Assembly (NCBI GenBank): GCA_003140595.1 | Contig: PLKG01000138.1 | Location: forward strand, 58,056 to 122,055 | DNA length: 64,000 nt | Reading direction: 5' to 3' | From: Acidimicrobiaceae bacterium | GTDB lineage: Bacteria > Actinomycetota > Acidimicrobiia > Acidimicrobiales > Bog-793 | In this document: in pieces, positions 49,973-64,000 of the stretch | How positions within the stretch are numbered: the first letter of the stretch is position 1 | Layout: each line of letters begins with the position of its first letter | Position numbers and translations under genes: made by a program | The notes under the pieces: model-generated | Database searches by the model: none | Told to the model about the DNA's origin: nothing | What the model saw: only the letters and a program-made list of their open reading frames with translations

Positions 49973-50515
49973 TCAGGAGACGCCGCCGCCTGTGCCCCTG
50001 AAAGTCGCGTAGGTCGGCGTCTTGAGGCCCATCGCATTGCCCAGCCGACGCCAGAACGAAGAGTCGGCGACCCAACGTGTCGGACCGATCCCGCGAACCG
50101 TCTGACAGCCCGTCGCGCCGACCACAACGGTCGGGAACGTCGCGTTCGCGGCGGTGAAGCCGAGACGGTAGTAGATCCCGAGGTCGATCACGCAGCTCAT
50201 CACGCCCATCGGGATCCGCGGCAGGGCGCAGACCACCTTGGCCACGTCCCGGGCCGAGGCGACCTCGGTGACCGCGGTCACGACGGGGAACGAGAAGTGG
50301 ATGCCGTTCCGCGGGAACTCGTCGACGCGGCGCACGACAAGGTGGTCGACCTGCCCGATCGACCTGCAGAGCGACGTCGAGGCGGCGGCGGCCGGCACGG
50401 TCCCGCCCTTCATGGCCCTCGGAGCCCCTTGCGCCACGCCGCTCGCGCCGCTTGCAGCCGCGATCAGTGCCACGGTGAGGCACGCCCCTACTCGCCAGGT
50501 CTTGATGATCTTCAT
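49973..50515 (-). CDS. Hypothetical secreted protein (180 aa, 4 Cys in the mature part)
   Basis: N-terminal signal-like MKIIKTWRVGACLTVALIAAASGASGVAQG. The start lies 22 nt downstream of the recD stop. No family recognised. Confidence 0.5.
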   Translation of the reverse strand: MKIIKTWRVGACLTVALIAAASGASGVAQGAPRAMKGGTVPAAAASTSLCRSIGQVDHLVVRRVDEFPRNGIHFSFPVVTAVTEVASARDVAKVVCALPRIPMGVMSCVIDLGIYYRLGFTAANATFPTVVVGATGCQTVRGIGPTRWVADSSFWRRLGNAMGLKTPTYATFRGTGGGVS

Positions 50516-50537
50516 GGCTCCACGAAGTATCGAGTCC

Positions 50538-52393
50538 TCAACTTCGCGTAGGCGAGATCGCTTCCGGCCAGAGCTTTTCCCGGAGCCCCGAAGCTCTCTG
50601 CACCGGGCGGCGTGTCGCGGCGCGCAGTGACTCCTCTGCAGCCACCAGGGTGACGTGCCTCTTGGCACGAGTGACAGCGGTGTAGAGGAGCTCACGGGTC
50701 AGTATCGGAGACGGTGGCCGCGGCAGGGTGACGATCACCTGTCCGAACTCGGATCCCTGGCTCTTGTGGATCGTCGTCGCCCACCAAGTGTCGATGTCGC
50801 CGAGCTGGGACAGCGCAAGCTTGCGCAGGCCCTTGTCCGGATCCCGAAACACGGCGATCGGCCCGGTCAGCCCTGCGACCACGAGCCCGACGTCGCCGTT
50901 GAACAGCTTGTTGAAATAGTCGTTACGAGTAACGATGATCGGCCGTCCCACATAGGTACGCCCTCCGATCCCAGTGCCGGGCAGCTCTCGCGCCGCGAGG
51001 GCCTCGACGCGGGCGCTCCAGGCGAAGACACCGAGCGGTCCGAAGCGGGTTGCGCAAAGGACCTTGAGGTCGGCTGCAAGGCCGAGCCCTCTCTCGGCGT
51101 CATCGTTATCACCGCTCTGCGCCTTGCGGATTACCTCGATGGCACTGCGGGCGAGGTCCTGCTGGAGCTGTGTGATGGCGGTCTTGTCGTCGTCGTGCAC
51201 CCAGGTCAGCTCGTCTGACCTGTCGTTGCGCAGGAGGTCCACCGCCCGGTTGTCGTCGCCAAGCCGGATGGCGTCTGCGAGCGCCGCGATCTGTGAGGAA
51301 GCACCGAAGCGATGGGCCCTGTCGAGCACAACGATGCCAGGCGCCAGCGGGCCGTCCGCCGGCCCGGTTGCGCTCGGGCCGACGATCTCGCCGAGAACCG
51401 CGCCGGCTTCGACACTGGCCAGCTGGTAGGGGTCGCCGACCAGCACGAGAGTGGAGTCGGGGCGGACTGCATCGAGCAGACGGGCCATCAGCGGCAGGGA
51501 GACCATCGACGTCTCGTCGACGACGACCAGGTCGTGGGGCAACGGGTTGAGATGGTCGTGTCGGGGCTTCCCGCTGCCGTGCGCGCCGAGGAGACGGTGC
51601 AGTGTCCTTGCCGCGGTGACGCGCAGCTCATCCGCGACGCCCTCGCGGAGGCTCGCCTCCTCAACCTCGTCCTGCAGGGCTGCGGTCATGCGCTCGGCTG
51701 CCTTGCCCGTCGGCGCGGCGAGCGCCACGTCGAGCTTGCGGCCCCGGGCGAGCGCTTCGCCGTAGGCGGCACCGAGCAACCGGGCGATGGTCCGCGTCTT
51801 ACCGGTCCCCGGTCCCCCTGCGATCACAGCGATCCGCCTGTTCAGGGCTCTCTTGGCAGCCTCGCGCTGCAGATCAGGCGTCGCGGCGTCGTCGGGCGCG
51901 AAGAGCTCGTCGAGGATCGCATCGAGATCGGGCGACGATGTGGTGAGCCCACCGTCGTCTAGGGCGCGCCGCAGGAGCTCGCCCGCGACACGGTTCTCGA
52001 AACGCCAGTAGCGCTCGAGATACAAGCGGGTGCCGTCCCAGACGAGCGGGCTGATCACCGCCTTCGGTCCGTCACCCGGGCTGCTCACCGCAGGGCTTGC
52101 TGCCAGGAGCTTCGCCCAGTGGACAGGATCAGGCCAGGGAAGTGAGTCCATCGAGTGCAGCTGCGCATCGTCGACGACGATGGATCCGGCGACCGTCTCG
52201 ATGACCACGCACACATGCCCGAACAGCGGGGCGCGGGCGGCCAGAGCTGCACCGAGAAGAACCTCGGGCCCCACACCTCCGACACTTCGCGCGATCACGC
52301 CTGCGACTTGGACCGCGGATGCCTCGAGCACACATGCGTCCACGAAAGGCGCCAACGTCGCGACCTCGGCGCTCAGAAGCGGAGCAGGTCCCG

Positions 52394-52397
<4 letters not shown>
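50538..52397 (-). CDS. recD: Exodeoxyribonuclease V subunit alpha
   Basis: SF1 helicase motifs AGGPGTGKTRT, VVVDETSMV, LVGDPYQL and TIHKSQGSEF. The GTG start overlaps the recB stop (GTGA). Confidence 0.9.
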
Positions 52398-55836
<3,439 letters not shown>

Positions 55837-55840
<4 letters not shown>

Positions 55841-58800
55841 TTGAGCCCCTCGGTGCTTTCCTCGATCGCGTCCCATAAGTAATCGGCGAATCGTGCTGCC
55901 CGTCCCACCGCCGTTCCGGGAGGGTCATCAACGCGCGCAGGAAGAGCACAGAGGTCCTCAAAGCCGAGAGCCCCGAACGCCAGGCGGTTCGCCTCGTCCG
56001 TACCATCTCCGTGCTGGCCGAACGGCTCCCAGTCATCGGCGGTCGCGGTGTTCTCGTGCAGTCTGCAGGAAAGCGACGCGAACAGAGGGATGGGCTCGCG
56101 CAGTCCGCGGCGGTAGCAGTCGACCGCGACCTCGAGCGCGCCGAGCGCGCCGCGACGGCGCACATCGGCAGTTTCGCCGCGCCCGACGAACTCGAAGGTC
56201 TTGATCGCACCCGGCTTCTTGGCGCGGGCGACAATGACACTTCGCCAGTTCGTCGCTGGGTCGGCCGCCTCGAGGGCCACGAGGTCGACCCACGCCGCCA
56301 CCTGATGCTTGGGTGCAATCTTGGAGAATGTGACGAAGGCCGGCCCCGGACGCGGCTGGCCGCAACGGCCCGTGACCATCCCGACAACGCGCGTCCCGTC
56401 GGTGAGCAGGACATCGACCGGCAGCCGCTCGGCACGCCCCGGGTCAACGCCGAGGACACCCGCGGCAACGAGCAGCTGGTCGACCGTCTTCTCTATTTCG
56501 TCGAGCGAGACGTCACCTAGCCCTCCCGGGGGGACCGTCCCGAGGGCGCGCTCGTGGTGCTCCCACTCTCCGTTGGCGTAACCGGCAAGGCGGGCCGTGA
56601 GGAGCCGGTCCGCGATCGACCAACGGTCGAGGCCGTCCAACAAGGTCGCGAGATCGTCGGACTGATCACGATCCTCACCGAGGAGGTGCATTTGGAGCCG
56701 CTGGCGCAAGAACGCCTTTACCGGGTGCCTGAAGAATTTCTGCAACTCGGAGAGGTCGATCACGGCCTCGACGTCGGGAACCGGAGGAAGTGCCCTGTCG
56801 ATGAAGGCACGGCGTTGCCCGGATCGCTCATGGCGCGCCCGGGCGCCGGCGAGCGCGCCGGCATCGAAGCTCCACGGACCAGGTCGGCTCAGCTGGCCGG
56901 GCGTGAAGCAGCGGTCGTCGAAAGGCTGCAGGGGATGAAAAGTCTCTACCTGACCGCGATAAGAAGCCGCCGCGGCCGGAGAGAGCGTGGCTGTGACCAT
57001 GTCCCGCAGCTCGGCGAGCACGGTCGCGCTCGGCACGGCCTCGTTGGTACGGATGTCGCGGCCTGTACGGGTTATGACGAGGTGGTCACCGGCGGCGAGA
57101 ACCGCTTCGAGCAGCGCTTGGCGGACTTCCGAGCGCGGGTCTCGATCGCCAACCAGCGGGGCAGCGGCAGCCAGATCGTCGCCGTCGATGGCTCCGGCGC
57201 CGCTCGTGCCGGCCTCGTCGAGCCCGAGAATGCAAATCACCCGGAAGGGCAGCCACCGCAGCGGCGTCAGCGAACTAACTGTGACACCGCCCCGGAAAAA
57301 GTCGGGGCGGCGCGAGGAGCCCTGAATACGTTCGGCAAGAATGCGTCGCACGTCTGCGAGCGTGATCTCGACTGTCGCGGGCTCACCGCCCACAGTGGCC
57401 TGGTCGCCAATCTCAGCGATGATCCGGCGGAGCTGGTCGAGCTGCCACCGCTGGGTTACGTCGACTTCGAAGAGCTGCCCGATCGCTTCCGACAAGGCGT
57501 CGCACCACGCAGCGGCGGTCCGGCCGTTCCTCATGTCGTCGGCGATACAAGCGAGACGTGCGATGAGGTCGGCAAGGCGACCGGCGACGGCTATCTCACT
57601 GCCCTCGACTCCGAGGGGGGCGATGTCGCCGGACGCGAGGCCGACGTCATCGTCGCTCACCGCGACGCCCATGAGCACCCGGTCAATCGCGGCCCGCCAC
57701 GAGTTGGCGGCGAACTCAGGCGGGAGACCCCACGCCGCCCGATGCGGGCCGTCGAGGCCCCAGCGCACGTTGGTCGCCACGATCCACCCAGCAATGGTCG
57801 AGAGGGCGTCGTCGTCGAGGTCGAAGCGCTTGCGGACCGCAGGCAGCGAAACGAACTCGAGCACCTCCGAGGCTGTGAACCGCCCCGAGATCAAAGCCAG
57901 CAATGAGTCGAGCGCCGCGAGGACCGGGTTCGAATCGAGCAGGGAACGGTCCGTGATGCGATATCTGAGCCGGGGCGTGGCGGCGGACGCGATGGCGATG
58001 GAGTCCTCGGCGGAGGTTCCGAAGCCCGCTTCCACCAGTGGCACGAACTGGTCGATTGCCGGACAGAGCACGACGATGTCCTCCTCGCGCAGTGTCGGGT
58101 CGTCGGCGAGCAAGTGGAGGATCGCGTCGCGCAACACCTGGACCTGGCGCGTCCTCCCGTAGCACGAGTGCACCTGTATCGAACGATCGGCGGGCTCCAG
58201 CTCGAAGTCGCCGGCGGGTGCGCGGTCCGCGCGCAGGTCGTGTTGCACGCGTGCGAGCAGGGAGCCGGAAAGGCCCTCCGCCGACTCCTCTCCCGTCCCG
58301 ACCGGCGACGGAGGCGGCAGTCCACGTGATTCGGCCGACACGAGCAATACCGTGCGCTCCCGGTAGGGACGCCCCCACGACCGCAAGAGGGGATGGTGCA
58401 CCACGGTGTCGGACTTGTCGTCGGCACGCAGGAGCGCAGGCGATCGTGGGCCGGCTCGTGTCGCCTCGCGAACTCTCGAGGTGGCGGTGGGTGACGGGTC
58501 GAGCAGCAGGAGGTACACGTCTCGCGCGACGCTGACCGCCTCGATCAGCTCGATGAAAGGGGCACCGCTCGGAAGCGTCGTGACGCCGAAGATGGCGAGC
58601 CGAGGAGGCAGTGCCGGCGCGAGCCTGCCGGCACGCAGCTCGTCGAGAAGACGGGGCAGGCGTTCAGGGGGACTCGGGACTCCGACCAGAGCGCGTAGGA
58701 GGCGCCACAAGTGGGGCTGCCAGCTGTCGTGCGCGGCGAGCGGCCGGCCGGTGCCATCGACATCGCGGCCCGCGCTCCAGTTCAGGACGAGCCCGGGCCT

Positions 58801-59232
58801 TCGCACGGCGTAGCGGTCGAAGAGATCGGCGATACGCCGCGCCCGCCCGAACCAGGTCGCACCGGCCGGCAAGACGGTGAGCGGACCGAGGCGGGCGTCG
58901 TCGCGCCTCGAGCGCAATACCTCGAGCACTGCCCAGACGAGACAGTCGACCCTCCACGGATCACCGACTCGGTCGAGGCTCCCAGCTTCGAGTACCGCGG
59001 TGCGCAGCGCGCCGGGGAACGGGAAGTCGATGTTCGCGGCGACACCGTCGCCGGCACCCGGCCCCGAGGCGCCGAGCGATCTGGCGAGCTCCAGGGCGAG
59101 CCACCTGCGCATGCCCACAGTCGGCACGGCGACCCATTCTGGCGACATCGGGTCCACGGGCGGCTCCGCCAGCACCTCGGCCAGCACCGCTGCGAGAGGC
59201 TCCACCCGGCTGGCGCTTGAGAGGTGGAGCAC
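55837..59232 (-). CDS. recC: Exodeoxyribonuclease V subunit gamma
   Basis: 1131 aa. The N-terminus (VPTVGMRRWLALELARSLG...VAANIDFPFPG) is collinear with RecC. It sits upstream of recB and recD. Confidence 0.88.
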
Positions 59233-59316
59233 GACCGAACACTATCGAGGGGCTGTGACCCTTACCTGGGTCAGACCTGCTCGACTCGCCCGTCCTACTC
59301 GGGTACGGTCCAAGGC

Positions 59317-60966
59317 ATGTCGATCCTGCTCGAGCTGGACCTCACCGGAGCAATCGTCGAGGACGTCGGCTCGCATCCCATCGAACGGGTGGTGAACCGT
59401 CGCCGGCTCGCACTGCGTACCCTGATCAACCGGCTCGCCTCGGCCGCTGAAGACCCGAACGTCGTGGGATTGCTGGCCAAGCTCGGGGCCACCTCGATAT
59501 CGCTCGCGCAGGCCCAGGAACTGGCGGACGCGGTAGGGCGCTTCCGCGCGAGGGGCAAGGAAGCCATCGCGTGGGCCGAGACCTTCGGCGAGCTCGGGCG
59601 TGCGACGACCGCCTATGTCGTTGCCACGGGGTTCGGTGAGCTGTGGCTGCAGCCTTCGGGAAGCATCGGCCTCATGGGCGCAGCGGCCTCCGGCACCTTC
59701 GTGCGCGGCGCCCTCGATCAGGCACGTGTCGAGCCGCTGTTCGCTCAGCGCCACGAGTACAAGAACGCTGCGGACACCTTCTTGCGAAGCGAGTTCTCCG
59801 AGGCTCACCGCGAGGTGACCGAACGTCTGGCCGAGTCCGCCTACGAGCAGATCGTTGCCGCGGTGTCGGCCGGCCGGCGGTTGCCGTCCGAGCGCGTGCG
59901 GGAGCTCATCGATCGGGCACCGATCCCGGCCGCCGAAGCCCAGGAGGCGGGCCTCGTCGATCACCTCGGGTACCGCGACGCAGTTCGCGACGCTGTGGAT
60001 CGCCGCTGGCCCGACAAGCCGACACTGCTCTATCTCTCGCGCTATCAAAGGCGCTGGGACGGCGTCCGCAAGCTGTGCGGGGCGCGCCGTCCCGCGGTCG
60101 GGCTCATCGAGGCGATCGGTTCCATCCGGATCGGCAGGTCCAAGCCGGGTCCGGTCGGACGGGCAGCGGGTTCGGACACCGTCACCGCGGCGTTCCGCGC
60201 CGCGGTGAACGACGAGCGCGTGAAGGCGATCGTGTTCAGGGTCAACAGTCCCGGTGGCTCTTACGTCGCCTCGGACACCATCTGGCGCGAGGTGTGCAGG
60301 GCCCGCGAGGCTGCCAAACCGGTCGTGGTTTCGATGGGCGAGGTGGCCGGCTCAGGTGGGTATTTCGTGGCCATGGCGGCCGACGTCATCGTGGCCGAGC
60401 CCGCGACGATCACCGGATCGATCGGCGTGCTCGGCGGCAAGCTCGAAACCAAGGGGCTGTTCGAGCGCCTCGGTGTGAACATCGAGAGTCTCGGCCGCGG
60501 GCAGCACGCGCTCATGTTCTCGACCCAGACCGGCTTCAGCGAGGACGAGTGGGCCAAGCTCCACGAGTGGCTCGACTTCGTCTACGAGGATTTCACCGCC
60601 AAGGTCGCGCAGGGACGCGCCATGACCCGCGAGGCTGTCCACGAGGTTGCCCGCGGCCGGGTCTGGACCGGAGCCGACGCCCTCGAACGCGGGCTCGTCG
60701 ACGAGCTCGGAGGACTGCGCCGAGCCGTGGAGATCGCCCGGGAACGGGCCGGCCTGCCCCCGCAGGCGCGGCTGCGGCCGATCCTCGCGCTGTCGCCGGT
60801 GCAGCAGCTGCGCCAGCCGCGCAACAGCGATGACCCCGCGGCCTTCGTGCAATCCAGGGGATTGGCCGCAGCGCTGTGGGAGTGGGGAGGACATGCCCAG
60901 CTCGCAGCGGCACTCGGACTTCCGGCGACCGGGCTCTTGACGATGCCGCTGGGGCCGCTCCGCTAG
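59317..60966 (+). CDS. sppA: Signal peptide peptidase SppA, 67K type (two S49 domains)
   Basis: Second-domain block VNSPGGSYVASDTIWREV...KPVVVSMGEVAGSGGYFVAMAADVIVAEPATITGSIGV plus a degenerate first S49 domain. The start is set at ATG 59317. Confidence 0.85.
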   Translation: MSILLELDLTGAIVEDVGSHPIERVVNRRRLALRTLINRLASAAEDPNVVGLLAKLGATSISLAQAQELADAVGRFRARGKEAIAWAETFGELGRATTAYVVATGFGELWLQPSGSIGLMGAAASGTFVRGALDQARVEPLFAQRHEYKNAADTFLRSEFSEAHREVTERLAESAYEQIVAAVSAGRRLPSERVRELIDRAPIPAAEAQEAGLVDHLGYRDAVRDAVDRRWPDKPTLLYLSRYQRRWDGVRKLCGARRPAVGLIEAIGSIRIGRSKPGPVGRAAGSDTVTAAFRAAVNDERVKAIVFRVNSPGGSYVASDTIWREVCRAREAAKPVVVSMGEVAGSGGYFVAMAADVIVAEPATITGSIGVLGGKLETKGLFERLGVNIESLGRGQHALMFSTQTGFSEDEWAKLHEWLDFVYEDFTAKVAQGRAMTREAVHEVARGRVWTGADALERGLVDELGGLRRAVEIARERAGLPPQARLRPILALSPVQQLRQPRNSDDPAAFVQSRGLAAALWEWGGHAQLAAALGLPATGLLTMPLGPLR

Positions 60967-60996
60967 AGGCGTGACCCGGCGAACTGCCTTCCTGCG

Positions 60997-63864
60997 CTAG
61001 CCCATCCGGAGCCGTTCAGCGATCGAGATCAGCTCGTCGCCGTAGCTCTCCAGTTTCACGGGTCCTATCCCACTGATCTCCAACAGTCCTGCCTCTGTGG
61101 TCGGAAGGACCGCAGCCACGAGCCGCAAGGTCTTGTCGTCGAATACGACGAACGCGGGCCTCCCGGCTGCTCGCGCCCGCTTTGCCCGCCAGGAGCGCAA
61201 GGTTTCCCATGCGTCTGCGGAACGCGAATGAGCCAGCATCAACGGCGTCCCATCGACGGTCACCGACGTGCCGAAGGCGACGAGCGTGGTTGCCGGGCCC
61301 CCTCCGAGCAGTACCCGGGCTCCATCGGGTGCGAGCTCGACGATCTCGCAATCGCGGCCACGGTGGGAAAAGCGCGATCCGGCCGCGCCTATGAGCATCT
61401 CGATCCGGGCTGAAGTCTCACGGCGCAGCGGTGCCGGCCTGGAATCGGGCACCCGGGTCGCTTGATCTTGCGACTCGGCGTGCGCACTCGGTCGCACAGG
61501 TTGCGCGAGCTCGAGAAGAAATGGAGACGGCGACGGCCCGGCAATGATCGAGGTGCTGATGCTGCAACGGGTGAGAGCGACGTGGAACACCCGGCGTTCC
61601 TCCTCGAGGTCCTCGGCTAGCCGGTGCGGCAACAGCCCGGCGGTGGCGTGGTGCACTACGACGTGCGGCCACTCCCGGCCCTTGACGGCGTGGATCGATG
61701 CCAACGTGATCCCGTCGGGATCACCGGGCGCGCCCAACTGCTCCGCAAGCCAAGCGGGAAACCGGCTCGCGTCGCTCTCGAGGTCCGCTAGCTCAGCCAA
61801 CGCGTCGAGATCGTCGGCGTGCGCGGCGATGGCACCGTGGCTCCAACGGTCGAGAGCCGTGGCGCTCGCGTCCAGTCCGCCACTACCCACCTGGGATCGA
61901 AGCACGGCGAGGATGTCGGCGGTCGTCCCGCCCTCGGCGGCGTCCCGGACGCGCTTCAGGTCACCGGCGAAGTCTCGGACCTTGTCCGCCTCCCGGTCAC
62001 TCGCCTTGGCCTCGAGCCAGTCCGCCAGGCTCACCAGACCGTCCATTGACCGCTGCCTGCCGACAAGCTCGAGAAGTGATCTGCTCATGGCGCGCTTTGG
62101 GCGTCGGGCGGCTTCTCGCAGCCCGGAACCGGCCAGCGCCCACTGCGGAGCGGTCGCGACGCCAAGCCAATCCAGCGCAGCCCGGACGCCACCTCGTTGG
62201 AGGAAGTACCTGCTCACTCCCCCGTTAACGGGCACTGCCTCGTTGGCGAGCAGCACCTGCACGGGGGCCAGCGACGCGTTCACGCGCGCGAGGACCGCCA
62301 CCTCGCTCGGCATCGCACCCGCGTCGAGAAGCTCCCGCACGCGGCGGGCCGCACGGGCGGCCGGACCGTCCTCGCCCGTGAGAATCGAGAGGCACGCGCT
62401 GTCACTTGCCGGGTCTTGGTCCCGCGGAGCCGGGCGGATCACCTTCGGGACGCGCAGGCGGTTCCGGGTCAACAGGTTCGACGCCGCAGTGACGACGGGA
62501 GGCGGGCACCGGTAATTGACCTCGAGCGAGTGCAGCGCCGCACCAGGAAACCAGTGGCCGAAGTCGACCAGCCAGCGAGGCGTTGCCCCTGCGTAGCCGT
62601 AGATCGTCTGATCGTCGTCACCAACTGCGAACACTGCGCCCGCCGGTCCGCTGAGCAATCTGATGAGAAGCAGGTGCGCTGGTGTGAGGTCCTGGAACTC
62701 GTCGACGAGCAGCACGCGGGCCGATCGTTGAACCCTTAGACGGAAGGCAGGATCACCCAGCAACGCTTCTATGGCGCATGTCACCTGCTCGTCGAAGTCG
62801 ACGACTCCCCGTTCGAAGAGCTGGCCCCTATACGCGCGGGCGACACGTTCGAGGTCCGACACGTCGGGTAGCTCCCCCTCGACCGTCGCAGGATCGACCA
62901 GGCCGAGGCGGACGCGCCCGAGCGCCTTGATCCACGGTGCGAGAGGGTCAGTCTCGGCCCGGATCGGGAACTTGACGAGCGCACCGAGCAGACGGCGCAC
63001 CTCGACCTCTTCGATGGTCGATCGATTCGCGCACAACCGCAGCCCGAGAGCGTTCAAAGTCCGGACCTGAACCTCGGCGACATCCTCGAGCCGTGTCCTC
63101 ATCTCCTTCGCCGCCCTCGCGTTGTACGCGACAAGGGCGACCGCGCCGGGCGGGAGGCCCCAGCCCTGCAGCAACAGGCGGGCCCGCTCGGTCAGCACCC
63201 TTGTCTTGCCCGAACCCGCGGGGGCAATGACCCGGACCATGGCACCAGGCTCGGTCACCGCCGCGAATTGGTCCCGCGCCAACTCGACGCCCGTCGGGTC
63301 GCTCACGCCGAGTGGCCGCAGTATCCCCTGCTCGAGCAGCACCCGATGGACCACCGGCAGGTCGACGCGACCTGAGAGGCCGGCATCGAGCGGTCCACCG
63401 TCGCAGACAGCCGCAGCGCCGTTTCTCATGAGGATGTCGCCTTCGGACTCGCTGAGCGTGGCCCCGAGACTGCAGGCGAGCTCGGCCCAGCGCCAACGAC
63501 GACCCGACGAGCCTCCTCGTGCGTCGAGCGAGTTGGCCCACACGCCGTGGTGCAACCGCTCCCCCAGCAAGTCAAGGTCCGCAGACCATTCCCACGGCTG
63601 GCGACCCGTGATGGCCTCCGCGGGAGGCATCTCCGGATCATCGAGCCCGATCCCGGGCGTGAGCTCGATTACGACCGAGCGCCGCTGTCGCCAGGCAGCC
63701 CCGAGCAGATCCGCGAGCTCCCGGTTCACTGCGGTGACCCGGACCCGCTCGCAGGAGGACCATTCTCCGGGCGCGACGTCGTTCGGACCCACGACCACGG
63801 ATCGGCCGAGGGATATCGGATCGGGCATCCCATGATCTTGGCTCAGGTGCTGGGGAGCGGCCAC
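60997..63864 (-). CDS. UvrD/REP-family ATP-dependent DNA helicase with C-terminal HRDC domain and an unassigned N-terminal region
   Basis: IAPAGSGKTRVLTER, LLVDEFQDLTPAH, VGDDDQTIYGYAG, SIHAVKGREW, VALTR, and an HRDC-like end (FDDKTLRLVAAVLPTTEAGLLEISGIGPVKLESYGDELI). Alternative start at ATG 63828. Confidence 0.85.
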   Translation of the reverse strand: MAAPQHLSQDHGMPDPISLGRSVVVGPNDVAPGEWSSCERVRVTAVNRELADLLGAAWRQRRSVVIELTPGIGLDDPEMPPAEAITGRQPWEWSADLDLLGERLHHGVWANSLDARGGSSGRRWRWAELACSLGATLSESEGDILMRNGAAAVCDGGPLDAGLSGRVDLPVVHRVLLEQGILRPLGVSDPTGVELARDQFAAVTEPGAMVRVIAPAGSGKTRVLTERARLLLQGWGLPPGAVALVAYNARAAKEMRTRLEDVAEVQVRTLNALGLRLCANRSTIEEVEVRRLLGALVKFPIRAETDPLAPWIKALGRVRLGLVDPATVEGELPDVSDLERVARAYRGQLFERGVVDFDEQVTCAIEALLGDPAFRLRVQRSARVLLVDEFQDLTPAHLLLIRLLSGPAGAVFAVGDDDQTIYGYAGATPRWLVDFGHWFPGAALHSLEVNYRCPPPVVTAASNLLTRNRLRVPKVIRPAPRDQDPASDSACLSILTGEDGPAARAARRVRELLDAGAMPSEVAVLARVNASLAPVQVLLANEAVPVNGGVSRYFLQRGGVRAALDWLGVATAPQWALAGSGLREAARRPKRAMSRSLLELVGRQRSMDGLVSLADWLEAKASDREADKVRDFAGDLKRVRDAAEGGTTADILAVLRSQVGSGGLDASATALDRWSHGAIAAHADDLDALAELADLESDASRFPAWLAEQLGAPGDPDGITLASIHAVKGREWPHVVVHHATAGLLPHRLAEDLEEERRVFHVALTRCSISTSIIAGPSPSPFLLELAQPVRPSAHAESQDQATRVPDSRPAPLRRETSARIEMLIGAAGSRFSHRGRDCEIVELAPDGARVLLGGGPATTLVAFGTSVTVDGTPLMLAHSRSADAWETLRSWRAKRARAAGRPAFVVFDDKTLRLVAAVLPTTEAGLLEISGIGPVKLESYGDELISIAERLRMG

Positions 63865-63871
63865 GACGTGC

Positions 63872-64000
63872 TCAGTTGGTGGGAGTGACCTTGGTTAGGC
63901 CGCTCGGGCGGTCCGGATCCAGGCCACGGGCAAGCGACAGGTGGCGCGCCAGTTGCTGGCCGCGAACCGTGGCCACGATCGTGTACATCACCTCGGCGAG
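63872..64000 (-). CDS. SIS-domain protein (GlmS/AgaS-like), C-terminal 42 codons only
   Basis: Minus-strand translation LAEVMYTIVATVRGQQLARHLSLARGLDPDRPSGLTKVTPTN-stop resembles the conserved C-terminus of SIS sugar-phosphate isomerase/aminotransferase proteins. The 5' part lies outside the window. Confidence 0.5.
   Translation of the reverse strand, partial: LAEVMYTIVATVRGQQLARHLSLARGLDPDRPSGLTKVTPTN

Overview
This is a high-GC, densely packed chromosomal segment of actinobacterial type. I call about 56 protein genes. I saw no rRNA, tRNA, CRISPR array, transposase or integrase. All calls come from reading motifs by eye in the supplied translations and DNA; no searches were run.

Gene order:
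- 2-7600: NMT1/THI5-type ABC importer (binding protein, ATPase, two permeases), adenine deaminase, a creatininase-family hydrolase and a second amidohydrolase.
- 7646-15664: holB-tmk, aqpZ, topA and an H+-pyrophosphatase.
- 15839-21052: an APC-type permease carrying a C-terminal OB-fold domain, divergent from two trkA-type genes and a HAD-IB hydrolase.
- 21316-27175: a sigma-70 factor, nadE and glnE.
- 27258-30086: ferric-reductase-like protein, FMN-binding protein and ApbE.
- 30172-35601: a run of membrane proteins of unknown function (DUF2510, LapA/DUF1049, FUSC-like, a coupled pair, DUF2254).
- 35638-39618: a tightly coupled five-gene operon (NCS1 permease, SAM methyltransferase, ThiM, Trm112-like protein, P-loop kinase).
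- 39948-45180: rhodanese-HAD, an LLM oxidoreductase, a decayed small membrane-protein gene, sixA, adenosine-specific kinase and an aldo/keto reductase.
- 45778-48409: a GGDEF gene overlapping an EAL gene.
- 48443-64000: an SDR, two small envelope proteins, recC-recB-recD, sppA, a UvrD-type helicase with HRDC domain, and the 3' end of a SIS-domain gene.

Many neighbouring genes are joined by 4-nt ATGA or GTGA start/stop overlaps. I used these overlaps to trim several over-long ORFs in the six-frame track.

I found no unmistakable new system. The best candidates are:
1. The NCS1-methyltransferase-ThiM-Trm112-kinase operon and its AT-rich palindromic leader.
2. The APC permease::OB-fold fusion next to TrkA genes that have no TrkH partner in the window.
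3. The NMT1-ABC / adenine deaminase / creatininase / amidohydrolase cluster.

Most long alternate-frame and antisense ORFs in the track are Arg/Pro/Gly-rich high-GC artefacts and are not reported.
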